Below are positions 38,647 through 47,985 of a stretch of 64,000 nucleotides of DNA, in pieces. Within the stretch, counting starts at the first letter, position 1. Every line of letters starts with the position of its first letter. Position numbers and translations under genes: made by a program. Location of the stretch: the NCBI GenBank assembly GCA_002457305.1, contig NTKG01000001.1:1191-65190 (forward strand), given 5' to 3'. The notes under the pieces were generated by a model. That model made no database searches, was not told where the DNA came from, and was given only the letters and a program-made list of their open reading frames with translations. Source of the stretch: Bacteroidetes bacterium MED-G21. GTDB lineage: Bacteria; Bacteroidota; Bacteroidia; Flavobacteriales; UBA7430.

Positions 38647-39213
38647 TTATGATTTAACGCGCTCTTGATAAGCTCCTTTTACAGTGTCAATTTTAATTTT
38701 ATCTCCTTCATTGATGAAAAGGGGTACATTTACATTTGCTCCAGTTTCTACAGTTGCTGGTTTTGTTGCATTTGTAGCAGTATTCCCTTTTTCTCCTGGT
38801 TCAGTATATGTAATTTCCAGTACAACAGATGAAGGTAGGTCGCAGGTAAGTGGGTTTTCTTCATCTGCGTCAAATACGACTTCTACAATTTGTCCTTCTT
38901 TCATAAATTCATGACCTCCAACCATTGTTTTTTCAAGAAATATTTGTTCAAAGGTGTCGGTATTCATAAAGTGAAAACCACTGTCTTCAGAATATAAATA
39001 TTGGTATTTTCTTGTCTCTACTCTTACAGCCTCAATTTTAGCACCTGAAGGAAATGTGTTTTCTAACACTTTTCCGCTTGTTAGACTTTTTAGTTTTGTT
39101 CTAACAAAAGCAGGTCCTTTTCCCGGTTTTACATGCAGGAATTCTATAATTTTAAATAAGTCATGGTTGTGTTTTATACATAAACCATTTTTGATGTCTG
39201 AAGTACTTGCCAT
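38647..39213 (-). CDS. efp: Elongation factor P
   Basis: TSDIKNGL...HVKPGKGPAFVRTKLK motif, 188 aa. Confidence 0.97.
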   Translation of the reverse strand: MASTSDIKNGLCIKHNHDLFKIIEFLHVKPGKGPAFVRTKLKSLTSGKVLENTFPSGAKIEAVRVETRKYQYLYSEDSGFHFMNTDTFEQIFLEKTMVGGHEFMKEGQIVEVVFDADEENPLTCDLPSSVVLEITYTEPGEKGNTATNATKPATVETGANVNVPLFINEGDKIKIDTVKGAYQERVKS

Positions 39214-39262
39214 AATGATAAATTTAAGTTGTCAAGATATTAATTTTTTATAAGCTAATTAT

Positions 39263-39883
39263 TTAAATAAAGTTACCTATGTCTAAGCTCTTTTTACAGA
39301 AAGAGAATTCATCTTCTATATGATTAGAGCACACAATGACGAGTTTATTTTTTGAATATTCTTTTGCTAAATTTTTATACCATTCTATGCCTTTTGCGTC
39401 AAGATTAGAGCATGGTTCGTCTAAAAGAACAACAGAAACCTCGCTAAGCCAAGCAAGAGCTAACTTTAATCGTTGCTTCATGCCAGAAGAAAAGTTTTTA
39501 ATTTGTTTGTCTTTTGCTTCCTCCAAATATGCGATTTTAATTAAGTCGTGTTGTGAAACGCCTTTTTGAAGAGGTTTAAATTTAATATAAAACGAAACAA
39601 ATTCTTCCAGATACATTTCTTCAATTAATTCATAATAAGGTGCTGTATATGCAATATGATTTGACCAGTTTTCGGTGGCAATATGATTTGAGTTGATCTG
39701 GAGTTTAAGCTCTCCCTCAGTAGGTGTTAAAAATCCAGAAAGAATTTTTAGTAGTGTAGATTTTCCCGAACCATTGGGTCCTTGAATGACATAAGATCCA
39801 GGTATTTCAAATTGATAATTTGCATTTCGAAACACCCAGTCTCTATTAAACTTTTTAGCAATATTTATAAGACTTAATGACAC
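39263..39883 (-). CDS. Orphan ABC transporter ATP-binding protein (206 aa)
   Basis: Walker A GPNGSGKST, signature FSSGMKQRL, Walker B VVLLDEP. Its start abuts the lpxA stop. Confidence 0.9.
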   Translation of the reverse strand: MSLSLINIAKKFNRDWVFRNANYQFEIPGSYVIQGPNGSGKSTLLKILSGFLTPTEGELKLQINSNHIATENWSNHIAYTAPYYELIEEMYLEEFVSFYIKFKPLQKGVSQHDLIKIAYLEEAKDKQIKNFSSGMKQRLKLALAWLSEVSVVLLDEPCSNLDAKGIEWYKNLAKEYSKNKLVIVCSNHIEDEFSFCKKSLDIGNFI

Positions 39884-40684
39884 TTACTTATAGGAGTATC
39901 CTTTCATTATACCTCGTTCTGATGTTTCAATAAAACTTAAAATTTTCTCTTTTTCTTTAGATTTGCTAAACTCTTTATCAATTGATTTTACAGCTTGAGA
40001 AATATTTTGATTTGACTGGAATAACTGACGATAAATGTTTTGTATTTCAGAAATTTTATCTGTTCCAAAGCCCCTTCTTTGAAGTCCTATTGAATTAATA
40101 CCAACAAAAGAAGCGGGTTCTTTTGCTGCTTTTACAAATGGTGGAATATCTTTTCGAATTAATGTGCCTCCAGAAATGATAGAGTTTTCGCCAATTTTAA
40201 CAAATTGGTGAACTGCACAGAGCCCTCCTAAAATCACATAATCTTCTAGTTTTACATGTCCTGCTATAGCTACACTGTTTGCGATGACACAATGATTTCC
40301 GATAATACAATCATGAGCCACATGGGAATAGGCCATAAGTAAACAATGGTCACCAACAATTGTTTGTCCTGAGGCACTTGTTCCACGATTAACGGTGACA
40401 CACTCCCTAATTGAAGTGTAATCTCCAATGCGTGCGATACTTTGTTCTCCACCAAATTTTAAATCTTGTGGAATCGCAGAGATGACTGCGCCAGGGAAAA
40501 TCCTGCAATTTTTCCCAATACGAGCGCCTTCCATAATGGTAACATTAGAACTGATCCATGTGCCTTCGCCAATTTCAACATTTTTATTTATTGTTGTAAA
40601 AGGTTCGATGATGACATTCTTTCCGATTTTTGCATCGGGATGAATAAAAGAAAGCGGTTGCTTCATATTAATTTTTTTTAACAA
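39884..40684 (-). CDS. lpxA: Acyl-ACP--UDP-N-acetylglucosamine O-acyltransferase
   Basis: Left-handed beta-helix hexapeptide repeats plus a helical C-terminal domain. 266 aa in lpx operon context. Confidence 0.93.
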   Translation of the reverse strand: MLKKINMKQPLSFIHPDAKIGKNVIIEPFTTINKNVEIGEGTWISSNVTIMEGARIGKNCRIFPGAVISAIPQDLKFGGEQSIARIGDYTSIRECVTVNRGTSASGQTIVGDHCLLMAYSHVAHDCIIGNHCVIANSVAIAGHVKLEDYVILGGLCAVHQFVKIGENSIISGGTLIRKDIPPFVKAAKEPASFVGINSIGLQRRGFGTDKISEIQNIYRQLFQSNQNISQAVKSIDKEFSKSKEKEKILSFIETSERGIMKGYSYK

Positions 40685-42053
40685 TTTGAGCCATTAGTTC
40701 GCCCTCCATAACTAATTTTTCACCTACAAAAGCTTTACCAAACATATGACATATGCCTCGTCTTATTGGACTTACTAACTCCATTTCGAATATTAAAGTA
40801 TCTCCTGGAAGAACTTTTTGTTTAAATTTAACTTTGTCAATTTTCATAAAATATGTTAAATAGTTTTCTGGATCAGGAACGGTTTTGAGAACCAGTATCC
40901 CTCCAGCCTGAGCCATAGCTTCAATTTGAAGCACTCCAGGCATAACAGGAGCACCGGGGAAGTGCCCTTGAAAAAAGGGTTCGTTCATAGTCACATTCTT
41001 TACGCCCACGACTTTAGTATCTGTTAATTCAATAATTTTATCTACCAATAAAAATGGTGGACGGTGAGGTAGTGTTTCCATGATTTGATGAATATCCATC
41101 ACTGGACTTTTATCAGCATCGTAATGTGGGGCTTTATTTTTGTTTTTTTTAATTAGGTCTTTCATGATTTTTGAAAATGTAGTATTGATTAAATGACCAG
41201 GTTTGTGGGCAATAATTTTTCCTTTTATTGGCATTCCGATAAGCATTAAATCTCCAACGACATCAAGTAACTTATGTCTTGCTGCTTCATTGGTGTAGTT
41301 AAGTTTTACGTTATTTAAGTAACCATCTTTAGAGATTTTAATTGATTTTTTATTGAATAGTTTTGAAAGTCTTTTTAATTCGCCTTCACCTATTTCTCTT
41401 TCAACATAAACGATGGCATTATTTAGATCACCTCCTTTTATAAGGCCATTTTTTGAAAGTAATTCTAGTTCATGTAAAAAACAAAATGTTCGAGCATCAG
41501 CAAATTCGGTTTCAAACTGCTCAATATTTTTTAATTCTGCTGTTTGTTTTCCTAAAACTTTAGATTTATAGTCGATTTCAATACTAATGTTAAAATCATT
41601 TGCAGGTAATGCTTGAATTTTGGCTCCAGTTTCTGGATCTTCAAAATTTATTTCTTCTTTAATAACTAAATACTTTCGTATTGCATTTTGTTTATGAAGT
41701 TGAGCCTTTTTTAAGCATTTTATGAATTCATATGAACTTCCGTCAAAAATAGGAAGCTCTTCTGAATTAATCTCAACTAAAATGTTGTCAATTTTTAAGC
41801 CTGCACATGCAGCTAAAACATGCTCAGGAGTTTGAATTTTAATTCCATTTTTACTGATGGTAGTACTTCTTTCAGTATCAGTAACATAAGATGCATTTGC
41901 TTCAATTATTGGCTGTGATTTATGGTCGATTCGTTTAAATGAAATACCATGGTTTACAGGTGCAGGTTTAAAAGTTAAGGTTACTTTATTGCCTGTATGT
42001 AAACCAACACCACTAATACTTACCTCATTTTTTATAGTTTGTTGATGCTCCAT
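40668..42053 (-). CDS. lpxC/fabZ: Bifunctional UDP-3-O-acyl-GlcNAc deacetylase / 3-hydroxyacyl-ACP dehydratase (LpxC-FabZ fusion)
   Basis: N-terminal LpxC (SGVGLHTG, TPEHVLAA, HKPGH). C-terminal FabZ hot-dog (LPHRPPFLLVD..., FFQGHFPGAPVMPGVL). This fusion is typical of Bacteroidota. Confidence 0.97.
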   Translation of the reverse strand: MEHQQTIKNEVSISGVGLHTGNKVTLTFKPAPVNHGISFKRIDHKSQPIIEANASYVTDTERSTTISKNGIKIQTPEHVLAACAGLKIDNILVEINSEELPIFDGSSYEFIKCLKKAQLHKQNAIRKYLVIKEEINFEDPETGAKIQALPANDFNISIEIDYKSKVLGKQTAELKNIEQFETEFADARTFCFLHELELLSKNGLIKGGDLNNAIVYVEREIGEGELKRLSKLFNKKSIKISKDGYLNNVKLNYTNEAARHKLLDVVGDLMLIGMPIKGKIIAHKPGHLINTTFSKIMKDLIKKNKNKAPHYDADKSPVMDIHQIMETLPHRPPFLLVDKIIELTDTKVVGVKNVTMNEPFFQGHFPGAPVMPGVLQIEAMAQAGGILVLKTVPDPENYLTYFMKIDKVKFKQKVLPGDTLIFEMELVSPIRRGICHMFGKAFVGEKLVMEGELMAQIVKKN

Positions 42054-42056
42054 TTG

Positions 42057-43088
42057 TTACAATATGAATTCTTTTTCTAATTTTTCAATTCTTTTTGCAA
42101 GCATTGGTAGTTGTCTAAAAAATATGTAAGAGCGTTGAAAGTCTTTTAGGTTAAAAGCTAATGGGCCTTGAAGAATTTCCCCATCTTTTTTTACACTTTT
42201 TGCGATTCCTGTTTTACCAGCAATTTTAACATGATTTGCGATTGAAAGGTGACCGGCTATGGCAACTTGGCCACCAATCATACAGTTTTTTCCAACTTTA
42301 CTCGAACCTGCTATAGCAGTATGCGAAGCAATAACAGTATTTTCTCCAATTTCTACATTGTGAGCTACTTGAATCATATTATCAAGTTTAACACCTTTAT
42401 GTATTATTGTTGATCCCATAGTCGCTCTGTCAATACAAGTATTAGCTCCAATTTCAACACCTTCTTTAATGATGACATTTCCAATTTGAGGAATTTTATC
42501 ATAAGCTTTGTCAGTATTTGGAGTAAATCCAAATCCATCTGATCCTATTATTGAACCAGAATGTATGGTGCTGTTTTTATCGATACGACAGTTATTGTAT
42601 ACTTTTACTCCGGAATATAGTGTGCTGTTATTTTTAATTATGACATCATCTCCTATATAGCAATGAGGGTAAATATTGACGTTTTCGCCAATACGGACAT
42701 TTTTACCAATGTAGGCAAAAGCACCGATGTAAATATTTTTGCCAATTTCTGCTGTTTCATCAATGAAACATGGTTGTTCTATACCCTCTTTTTTCTTTTG
42801 AAGATCCTCAACTACTTGAAGCAATTGTGCAAAAGAAGCGTATGCATCTTTAACTTTAATAAGTGTTATGTTGAGTTGTTGATGAGGTACGAAATTTTTA
42901 TTTACGATTACTGCAGAAGACTTCGTTTTATAAAGGTGTTTATTATATTTTGGGTTTGATAAAAATGATAAGGAATGTTCGCGTCCTTCTTCTATTTTAG
43001 AGAGTTGATTGATGCAAATATTTGGGTTTCCTATAACTTCACCATTAAGCATTTCTGCAATTTCACTTGTTGTAAATTCCATACGCAA
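42057..43088 (-). CDS. lpxD: UDP-3-O-acylglucosamine N-acyltransferase
   Basis: N-terminal LpxD domain (FTTSEIAEMLNGEVIGN), hexapeptide repeats, C-terminal helix. Confidence 0.95.
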   Translation of the reverse strand: MRMEFTTSEIAEMLNGEVIGNPNICINQLSKIEEGREHSLSFLSNPKYNKHLYKTKSSAVIVNKNFVPHQQLNITLIKVKDAYASFAQLLQVVEDLQKKKEGIEQPCFIDETAEIGKNIYIGAFAYIGKNVRIGENVNIYPHCYIGDDVIIKNNSTLYSGVKVYNNCRIDKNSTIHSGSIIGSDGFGFTPNTDKAYDKIPQIGNVIIKEGVEIGANTCIDRATMGSTIIHKGVKLDNMIQVAHNVEIGENTVIASHTAIAGSSKVGKNCMIGGQVAIAGHLSIANHVKIAGKTGIAKSVKKDGEILQGPLAFNLKDFQRSYIFFRQLPMLAKRIEKLEKEFIL

Positions 43089-43104
43089 CTAAATTACAAT
43101 TTTT

Positions 43105-44349
43105 CTATATGATACAATCTTTTGGATAGCACAGAAAATGTTTTGTAACCGTTTGTCCTAAAACTGATATGTTTAGTTGGTCAGCTGCTTCTGCAATATC
43201 CATAATTCTACCATCTTTATAAAGTAAATTTATTTTATCCTTTTTGGGGTTATAGGCCTTATTTTCTATTTGATTTGTAAAGACTAAATGTGAGCAGTTT
43301 TGTGAATCAATACCGTAAATTTTTGCTGCTTTATGCTTTATCTTATTAATGTACGAAATGTCAAATTTATTGTTTTGAAGTTCAATTTTTAGCAGTTTTC
43401 TCTCAATAATGTTTTTGCTAAGAACTGATAATACAGTATCTGGGTGTTGAGTCCATTCTTTGATAGAACTCATAATGTCAATATCATCGAGTTGACAAAA
43501 TAAACCCAATAGTTTAGGGTTGGTGTTGAAATTTTCGAGTGAATGATTGTTTTGTAAAAATTCTCGTAATGCTGAAGTGCTAAAGATATCTACCCCATTT
43601 TTTACTAGTGATTTAGCTCTTTTTAATGCTTCAACTAAACTGAATTCTGCCGATAAAACAGTTTTGTGAAGGTATACTTGCCAGTACATGAGTCTACGAG
43701 CAATAATAAATTTTTCAATCGAATAAATAGCTTTAGCATCTACGACTAGATGACCATTACTTACATTGAGCATACTAATTATTCGATCTGCATTAATAAT
43801 CCCTTCAGATACGCCAGAATAAAAGCTATCTCTTTTAAGGTAGTCAAGTCGATCCACATCTAATTGACTTGAGATAAGTTGGTGTAAAAATGCTTTTGAG
43901 TATTCATTTCTAAATATTTTGATTGCTAGAGACAATTTTCCTTTAAATTCCTCGTTAAGTTTGTCCATGATTAACATAGAGATATTTTCGTGGTTTATTC
44001 CGGATACAATACTGTGCTCTAAAGCATGTGAAAATGGACCGTGCCCCACATCATGTAGAAGAATTGCGATGAGTACTGCTTGTTCTTCCTCTGAAGTGAT
44101 TTCGTGGCCTTTACTTTTTAGTGTTGAAATTGCTTTTTGCATTAGATGCATAGCGCCTAGTGCATGGTGAAATCTTGTGTGATAAGCTCCAGGATATACC
44201 AGATAAGTTAGTCCTAACTGAGAAATGCGACGTAATCTTTGAAAATAGGGGTGTTCTAAGAGATTAAAAATGAGATCGTCAGAGATGTTGGTAAACCCAT
44301 AAATTGGGTCGTTAATAATTTTTGTTTTATTGGCATTGTTGGCCTTCAA
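43105..44349 (-). CDS. HD-domain phosphohydrolase (dGTPase-like family)
   Basis: RFHHALGAMHL...LLHDVGHGPFSH...DVDRLDYLKRD motifs. Confidence 0.85.
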   Translation of the reverse strand: MKANNANKTKIINDPIYGFTNISDDLIFNLLEHPYFQRLRRISQLGLTYLVYPGAYHTRFHHALGAMHLMQKAISTLKSKGHEITSEEEQAVLIAILLHDVGHGPFSHALEHSIVSGINHENISMLIMDKLNEEFKGKLSLAIKIFRNEYSKAFLHQLISSQLDVDRLDYLKRDSFYSGVSEGIINADRIISMLNVSNGHLVVDAKAIYSIEKFIIARRLMYWQVYLHKTVLSAEFSLVEALKRAKSLVKNGVDIFSTSALREFLQNNHSLENFNTNPKLLGLFCQLDDIDIMSSIKEWTQHPDTVLSVLSKNIIERKLLKIELQNNKFDISYINKIKHKAAKIYGIDSQNCSHLVFTNQIENKAYNPKKDKINLLYKDGRIMDIAEAADQLNISVLGQTVTKHFLCYPKDCII

Positions 44350-44400
44350 TTTTAGTAATTTTAGTCAGATTAGTATAAAAAACTAAATTAGTAAATATAT

Positions 44401-45951
44401 ATGGAAAAAGTGAAGATACTTTGGGTGGATGATGAAATTGAATTATTGAAACCTCATATTCTGTTTTTAGAGCGTAAAGGTTATGTTTTAGCAACTGCAA
44501 ATAACGGAGAAGATGCTTTGGATATGATTGATAATGAGGCGTATGATATTATTTTTTTAGATGAGAATATGCCTGGGATTTCTGGTCTAGAGACTTTGTC
44601 TCTAATTTATGAAAATCATAATATACCCGTAGTAATGATTACCAAAAGTGAAGAAGAGTACATTATGGAAGAAGCTTTGGGATCAAAAATATCCGATTAT
44701 CTCATCAAGCCTGTAAATCCGCATCAAATATTACTTTCTCTTAAGAAAAATTTAGACACCAAGCGTTTGGTAAATGAAAAGGTGACATCAAATTACCAAA
44801 AAGAGTTCCGAGAAATTAGTATGGCTTTATTAGATGTCCGAAGCTTGAAAGAATGGATAGAGATTTATCAGAAACTTGTTCATTGGGAAGTAGAATTGGA
44901 TAAAATTAACGCTTCTGGGATGCTTGAAATTCTAGAAATGCAAAAAAATGAAGCCAATTCACAGTTTTTTAAATATGTAAAGTCTCATTATAAATCATGG
45001 TTAAAAGATGGCGATGAAACACCTATACTTTCTCATACTTTAATGAAGGAAAAGGTGTTTCCGAATTTATCAAATGATAAATCAAGCTTTTTTCTGCTTA
45101 TTGATAATTTGAGATATGATCAGTGGAAAATACTTCAACCTATCATAGAAGAGTGGTTTACAGTAGATGAAGAGTCTACTTTTTGCAGTATTTTGCCTAC
45201 AGCAACTCAATATTCCAGAAATTCTATTTTTTCTGGCTTGACCCCTTTAGATATTTCAAAGCGATTTCCCCACTTATGGAAAAATGATCATGAAGAAGGT
45301 GGAAAAAATTTATATGAAAAGGAGTTTTTAGAAGATCAAATGCAGCGGTTAGGAATAGGTGAAAATAAGATGGTTTATCATAAAGTAGTGAAACAGCAAT
45401 ATGGAGAGAAGTTGGTTCAGCAGTTTAATAATTTACTTCAAAATGATTTAAATGTTATTGTATACAATTTTGTAGATATGCTTTCGCACTCAAAAACTGA
45501 TATGGATATGATTAGGGAGTTAGCAGGAAACGATAAGTCATATAGAGCTTTAACCAAAACTTGGTTTGAAAACTCAAGTCTGTTAGAGATGCTTAAGAAG
45601 ATTGCAGATAGTGGTTCTTGTCTTTTTTTAACTACCGATCATGGGACAATCAATGTTGGTGTGCCATCAAAAGTTATAGGGGATAGAGAAACATCTGCAA
45701 ATTTGAGATATAAATCAGGGAAAAGACTCCAGTATCAAGTTAAAGATGTGATGGTTATGGAAAATCCTGAGGAGTATTTTTTACCCGCCGCAAATTTGAC
45801 TTCAAGTTTTATCTTTGCTAAAGAAAATTTGTACTTAACATATCCGAATAATTACAATCATTTCGTGAAGTATTTTAGAGACACCTATCAACATGGAGGT
45901 GTCTCTATGGAAGAGATGATTTGTCCTTTTATTCGATTATCACCTAAATAA
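44401..45951 (+). CDS. porX: PorX-type response regulator (CheY receiver + PglZ/alkaline-phosphatase-superfamily domain)
   Basis: ILWVDDEIELL...DIIFLDENMPGISG...ITKSEE...DYLIKP receiver, then a PglZ region (LLIDNLRYDQW...TTDHG). 516 aa, the size and architecture of the T9SS regulator PorX. Confidence 0.85.
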   Translation: MEKVKILWVDDEIELLKPHILFLERKGYVLATANNGEDALDMIDNEAYDIIFLDENMPGISGLETLSLIYENHNIPVVMITKSEEEYIMEEALGSKISDYLIKPVNPHQILLSLKKNLDTKRLVNEKVTSNYQKEFREISMALLDVRSLKEWIEIYQKLVHWEVELDKINASGMLEILEMQKNEANSQFFKYVKSHYKSWLKDGDETPILSHTLMKEKVFPNLSNDKSSFFLLIDNLRYDQWKILQPIIEEWFTVDEESTFCSILPTATQYSRNSIFSGLTPLDISKRFPHLWKNDHEEGGKNLYEKEFLEDQMQRLGIGENKMVYHKVVKQQYGEKLVQQFNNLLQNDLNVIVYNFVDMLSHSKTDMDMIRELAGNDKSYRALTKTWFENSSLLEMLKKIADSGSCLFLTTDHGTINVGVPSKVIGDRETSANLRYKSGKRLQYQVKDVMVMENPEEYFLPAANLTSSFIFAKENLYLTYPNNYNHFVKYFRDTYQHGGVSMEEMICPFIRLSPK

Positions 45952-46374
45952 ATGAGAGTAATTATAAATTCTATTGAAGAATTGCCTGATTTGGCAGCAA
46001 AGATTACAAAAGCGTATTCAAACAAAGTCATAGCGTTTTATGGAGAGATGAGTGCAGGTAAAACCACATTTATTAAATATTTGTGTCAAGAGTTAGGTGT
46101 GGATCCATCTTTGGTTAATAGCCCAACTTATAGTATGGTAAATGAATATGAAACTCGTGGTGATCAACTTATTTTTCATTTCGATTTTTATAGAATAAAA
46201 GATGAAAATGAAGCTTATGATATGGGTTATGAGAATTATTTTTATTCGAATCATTACTGTTTTATTGAATGGCCGGAAAAAATTACTAACTTATTACCTG
46301 AAAAGCTGTTGCGGATTCATATCGAGTCTGAGGCAAATATGCGTATATTTACAATAGAAGAAATTAAGTCCTAA
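45952..46374 (+). CDS. tsaE: tRNA t6A37 biosynthesis ATPase TsaE
   Basis: P-loop GEMSAGKTTF, SPTYSMVNEY, HFDFYR motifs. Confidence 0.9.
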   Translation: MRVIINSIEELPDLAAKITKAYSNKVIAFYGEMSAGKTTFIKYLCQELGVDPSLVNSPTYSMVNEYETRGDQLIFHFDFYRIKDENEAYDMGYENYFYSNHYCFIEWPEKITNLLPEKLLRIHIESEANMRIFTIEEIKS

Positions 46375-46376
46375 AA

Positions 46377-47588
46377 ATGAGTAAGCCTGATATTTTAAGT
46401 TTTTTAAATGATGAGTTTTTGATGCCACAACCTGAAGTGCTTGAGCATTCTACAAAGAGGGAGTCTCTTTTTATTGGTATTCCAAAAGAATGTGCCTTTC
46501 AAGAAAAAAGAGTACCCTTGGTTCCAGAGGCAGTTGCATTATTAGTGAGTAATGGTCATAAAGTACATGTAGAGTCTAATTCCGGAATTTCAAGCTCATT
46601 TACAGACCAAGAGTACAGTGAAGCTGGTGCAAAAATATGTCTTAATGTTAAGGAGGTGTATGAAGCAGATATTATACTTAAAGTTGAACCACCATCACTT
46701 CAGGAATTGGATTACTTTAAACATAATCAGTGTTTGATTTCTGCACTTCAGTTAAAGACTCAGAAGGCAGAATATTTTAAAAAATTGATGGATAAGAAGG
46801 TTACAGCAGTTGCTTTTGATTATATCAAAGACGAAGAACAGGTTTTTCCTATTGTTCGATCAATGGGTGAAATAGCAGGTACCTCATCGATACTTATTGC
46901 TGCTGAATTGTTGACTACTTTTTCAGGTGGTAGAGGTCTTCTTATGGGAGGGATTCCTGGTGTTAAACCTACCCGTGTTGTGATTATAGGTGCAGGGACG
47001 GTTGCTGAGTATGCCGCTCGTTCTGCTGTAGGTTTAGGTGCATTGGTGAGTGTGTTTGACAACTCAGTTGCACGTTTACGAAGAATGCAAAGTGACTTAA
47101 ATTTCCCAATAGCAACGTCCATTATGCAACCCAAAGTTTTAGAGAAAGCATTAAAAAGAGCCGATGTGGCTATTGGTGCTTTGAGGGCTAAAGAGGGCAG
47201 AACACCATGTGTTATTTCTGATGAAATGGTTCAAAAAATGAAGCCTAAGTCAGTGATTGTAGATGTAAGTATTGATCAGGGTGGATGTTTTGAAACTTCA
47301 GAGCTTACTACGCATGAATCCCCCACTTTTATTAAGCATGACGTTATTCACTATGGTGTTCCTAATATTGCTTCGCGTGTTGCAAAAACCGCTTCTTTTT
47401 CTTTGAGTAACATCTTAGCTCCCCTCCTTTTACAAGTTGGAGAAGGTGGAGGTGTAAAAGGTATGCTATTGCGATCTCCAAATATTAGAGGAGGTGTATA
47501 TGTTTACAACGGCATCATTACAAATAGGGGTATTGGAGCTTGGTTTGATTTGCCGCATAAAGAAATACGACTTCTTTTGGGTCATTAA
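46377..47588 (+). CDS. ald: Alanine dehydrogenase-family NAD(H) enzyme
   Basis: EKRVPLVPE substrate domain and Rossmann VVIIGAGTVAEYAA. 403 aa with an N-terminal extension. Confidence 0.8.
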   Translation: MSKPDILSFLNDEFLMPQPEVLEHSTKRESLFIGIPKECAFQEKRVPLVPEAVALLVSNGHKVHVESNSGISSSFTDQEYSEAGAKICLNVKEVYEADIILKVEPPSLQELDYFKHNQCLISALQLKTQKAEYFKKLMDKKVTAVAFDYIKDEEQVFPIVRSMGEIAGTSSILIAAELLTTFSGGRGLLMGGIPGVKPTRVVIIGAGTVAEYAARSAVGLGALVSVFDNSVARLRRMQSDLNFPIATSIMQPKVLEKALKRADVAIGALRAKEGRTPCVISDEMVQKMKPKSVIVDVSIDQGGCFETSELTTHESPTFIKHDVIHYGVPNIASRVAKTASFSLSNILAPLLLQVGEGGGVKGMLLRSPNIRGGVYVYNGIITNRGIGAWFDLPHKEIRLLLGH

Positions 47589-47597
47589 TTTAGAGCT

Positions 47598-47978
47598 GTG
47601 TTAAGAAGATTCTTTTTATATCTAATTGGTGTTGGTTTTGGTGTCATTGTATCTATTTTCTTTTTTGGAGATCGAGATATTGAATTCTCTTATTTGCCAA
47701 ATGCGCGTACTTTAAAACATTTGCGAGGTCAATCGTTTCAGTTTTCAGAAATGGCACTTTGTCAGCTAGATTGCATAAATATGTCGCAGAGTTCATTTGA
47801 ACAGATATTTTACGATACAGATTTAGATGTAGATTTTGGTGGGAGTGATGTAAGTGCAAATTGTAGCAGGTATCTTATTGAAGTTACGGGACAAAAGTTT
47901 TCTAAATTTAATATTAATGATTGTGATAGTACGTCTACTTTACTTAATATAGATCTAACAGGTTGTAAATGTCTATAA
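47598..47978 (+). CDS. Membrane-anchored small protein, DUF4258-like
   Basis: GTG start, N-terminal TM (FFLYLIGVGFGVIVSIFFF), then a Cys-containing globular part. Resembles DUF4258 proteins that follow ald in Flavobacteriia, from memory. Confidence 0.5.
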   Translation: MLRRFFLYLIGVGFGVIVSIFFFGDRDIEFSYLPNARTLKHLRGQSFQFSEMALCQLDCINMSQSSFEQIFYDTDLDVDFGGSDVSANCSRYLIEVTGQKFSKFNINDCDSTSTLLNIDLTGCKCL

Positions 47979-47985
47979 CTGTTTT

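Noticed and set aside
40270-40681. Three short ORFs on both strands inside lpxA.
   Set aside because: Hexapeptide-repeat genes generate periodic shadow ORFs, and the lpxA frame is unambiguous.
43105-44349. HD-domain dGTPase-like protein considered as an anti-phage dNTP-depletion defence gene.
   Set aside because: It sits in what I recall as conserved housekeeping synteny next to lpxD and porX. It shows no island signature, neighbouring defence genes or mobility genes.
46820-47134. 104-aa antisense ORF in ald that is rich in Pro/Ala/Thr.
   Set aside because: It is the complement of the Gly/Ala/Val-rich Rossmann region of ald, which is a typical shadow ORF.
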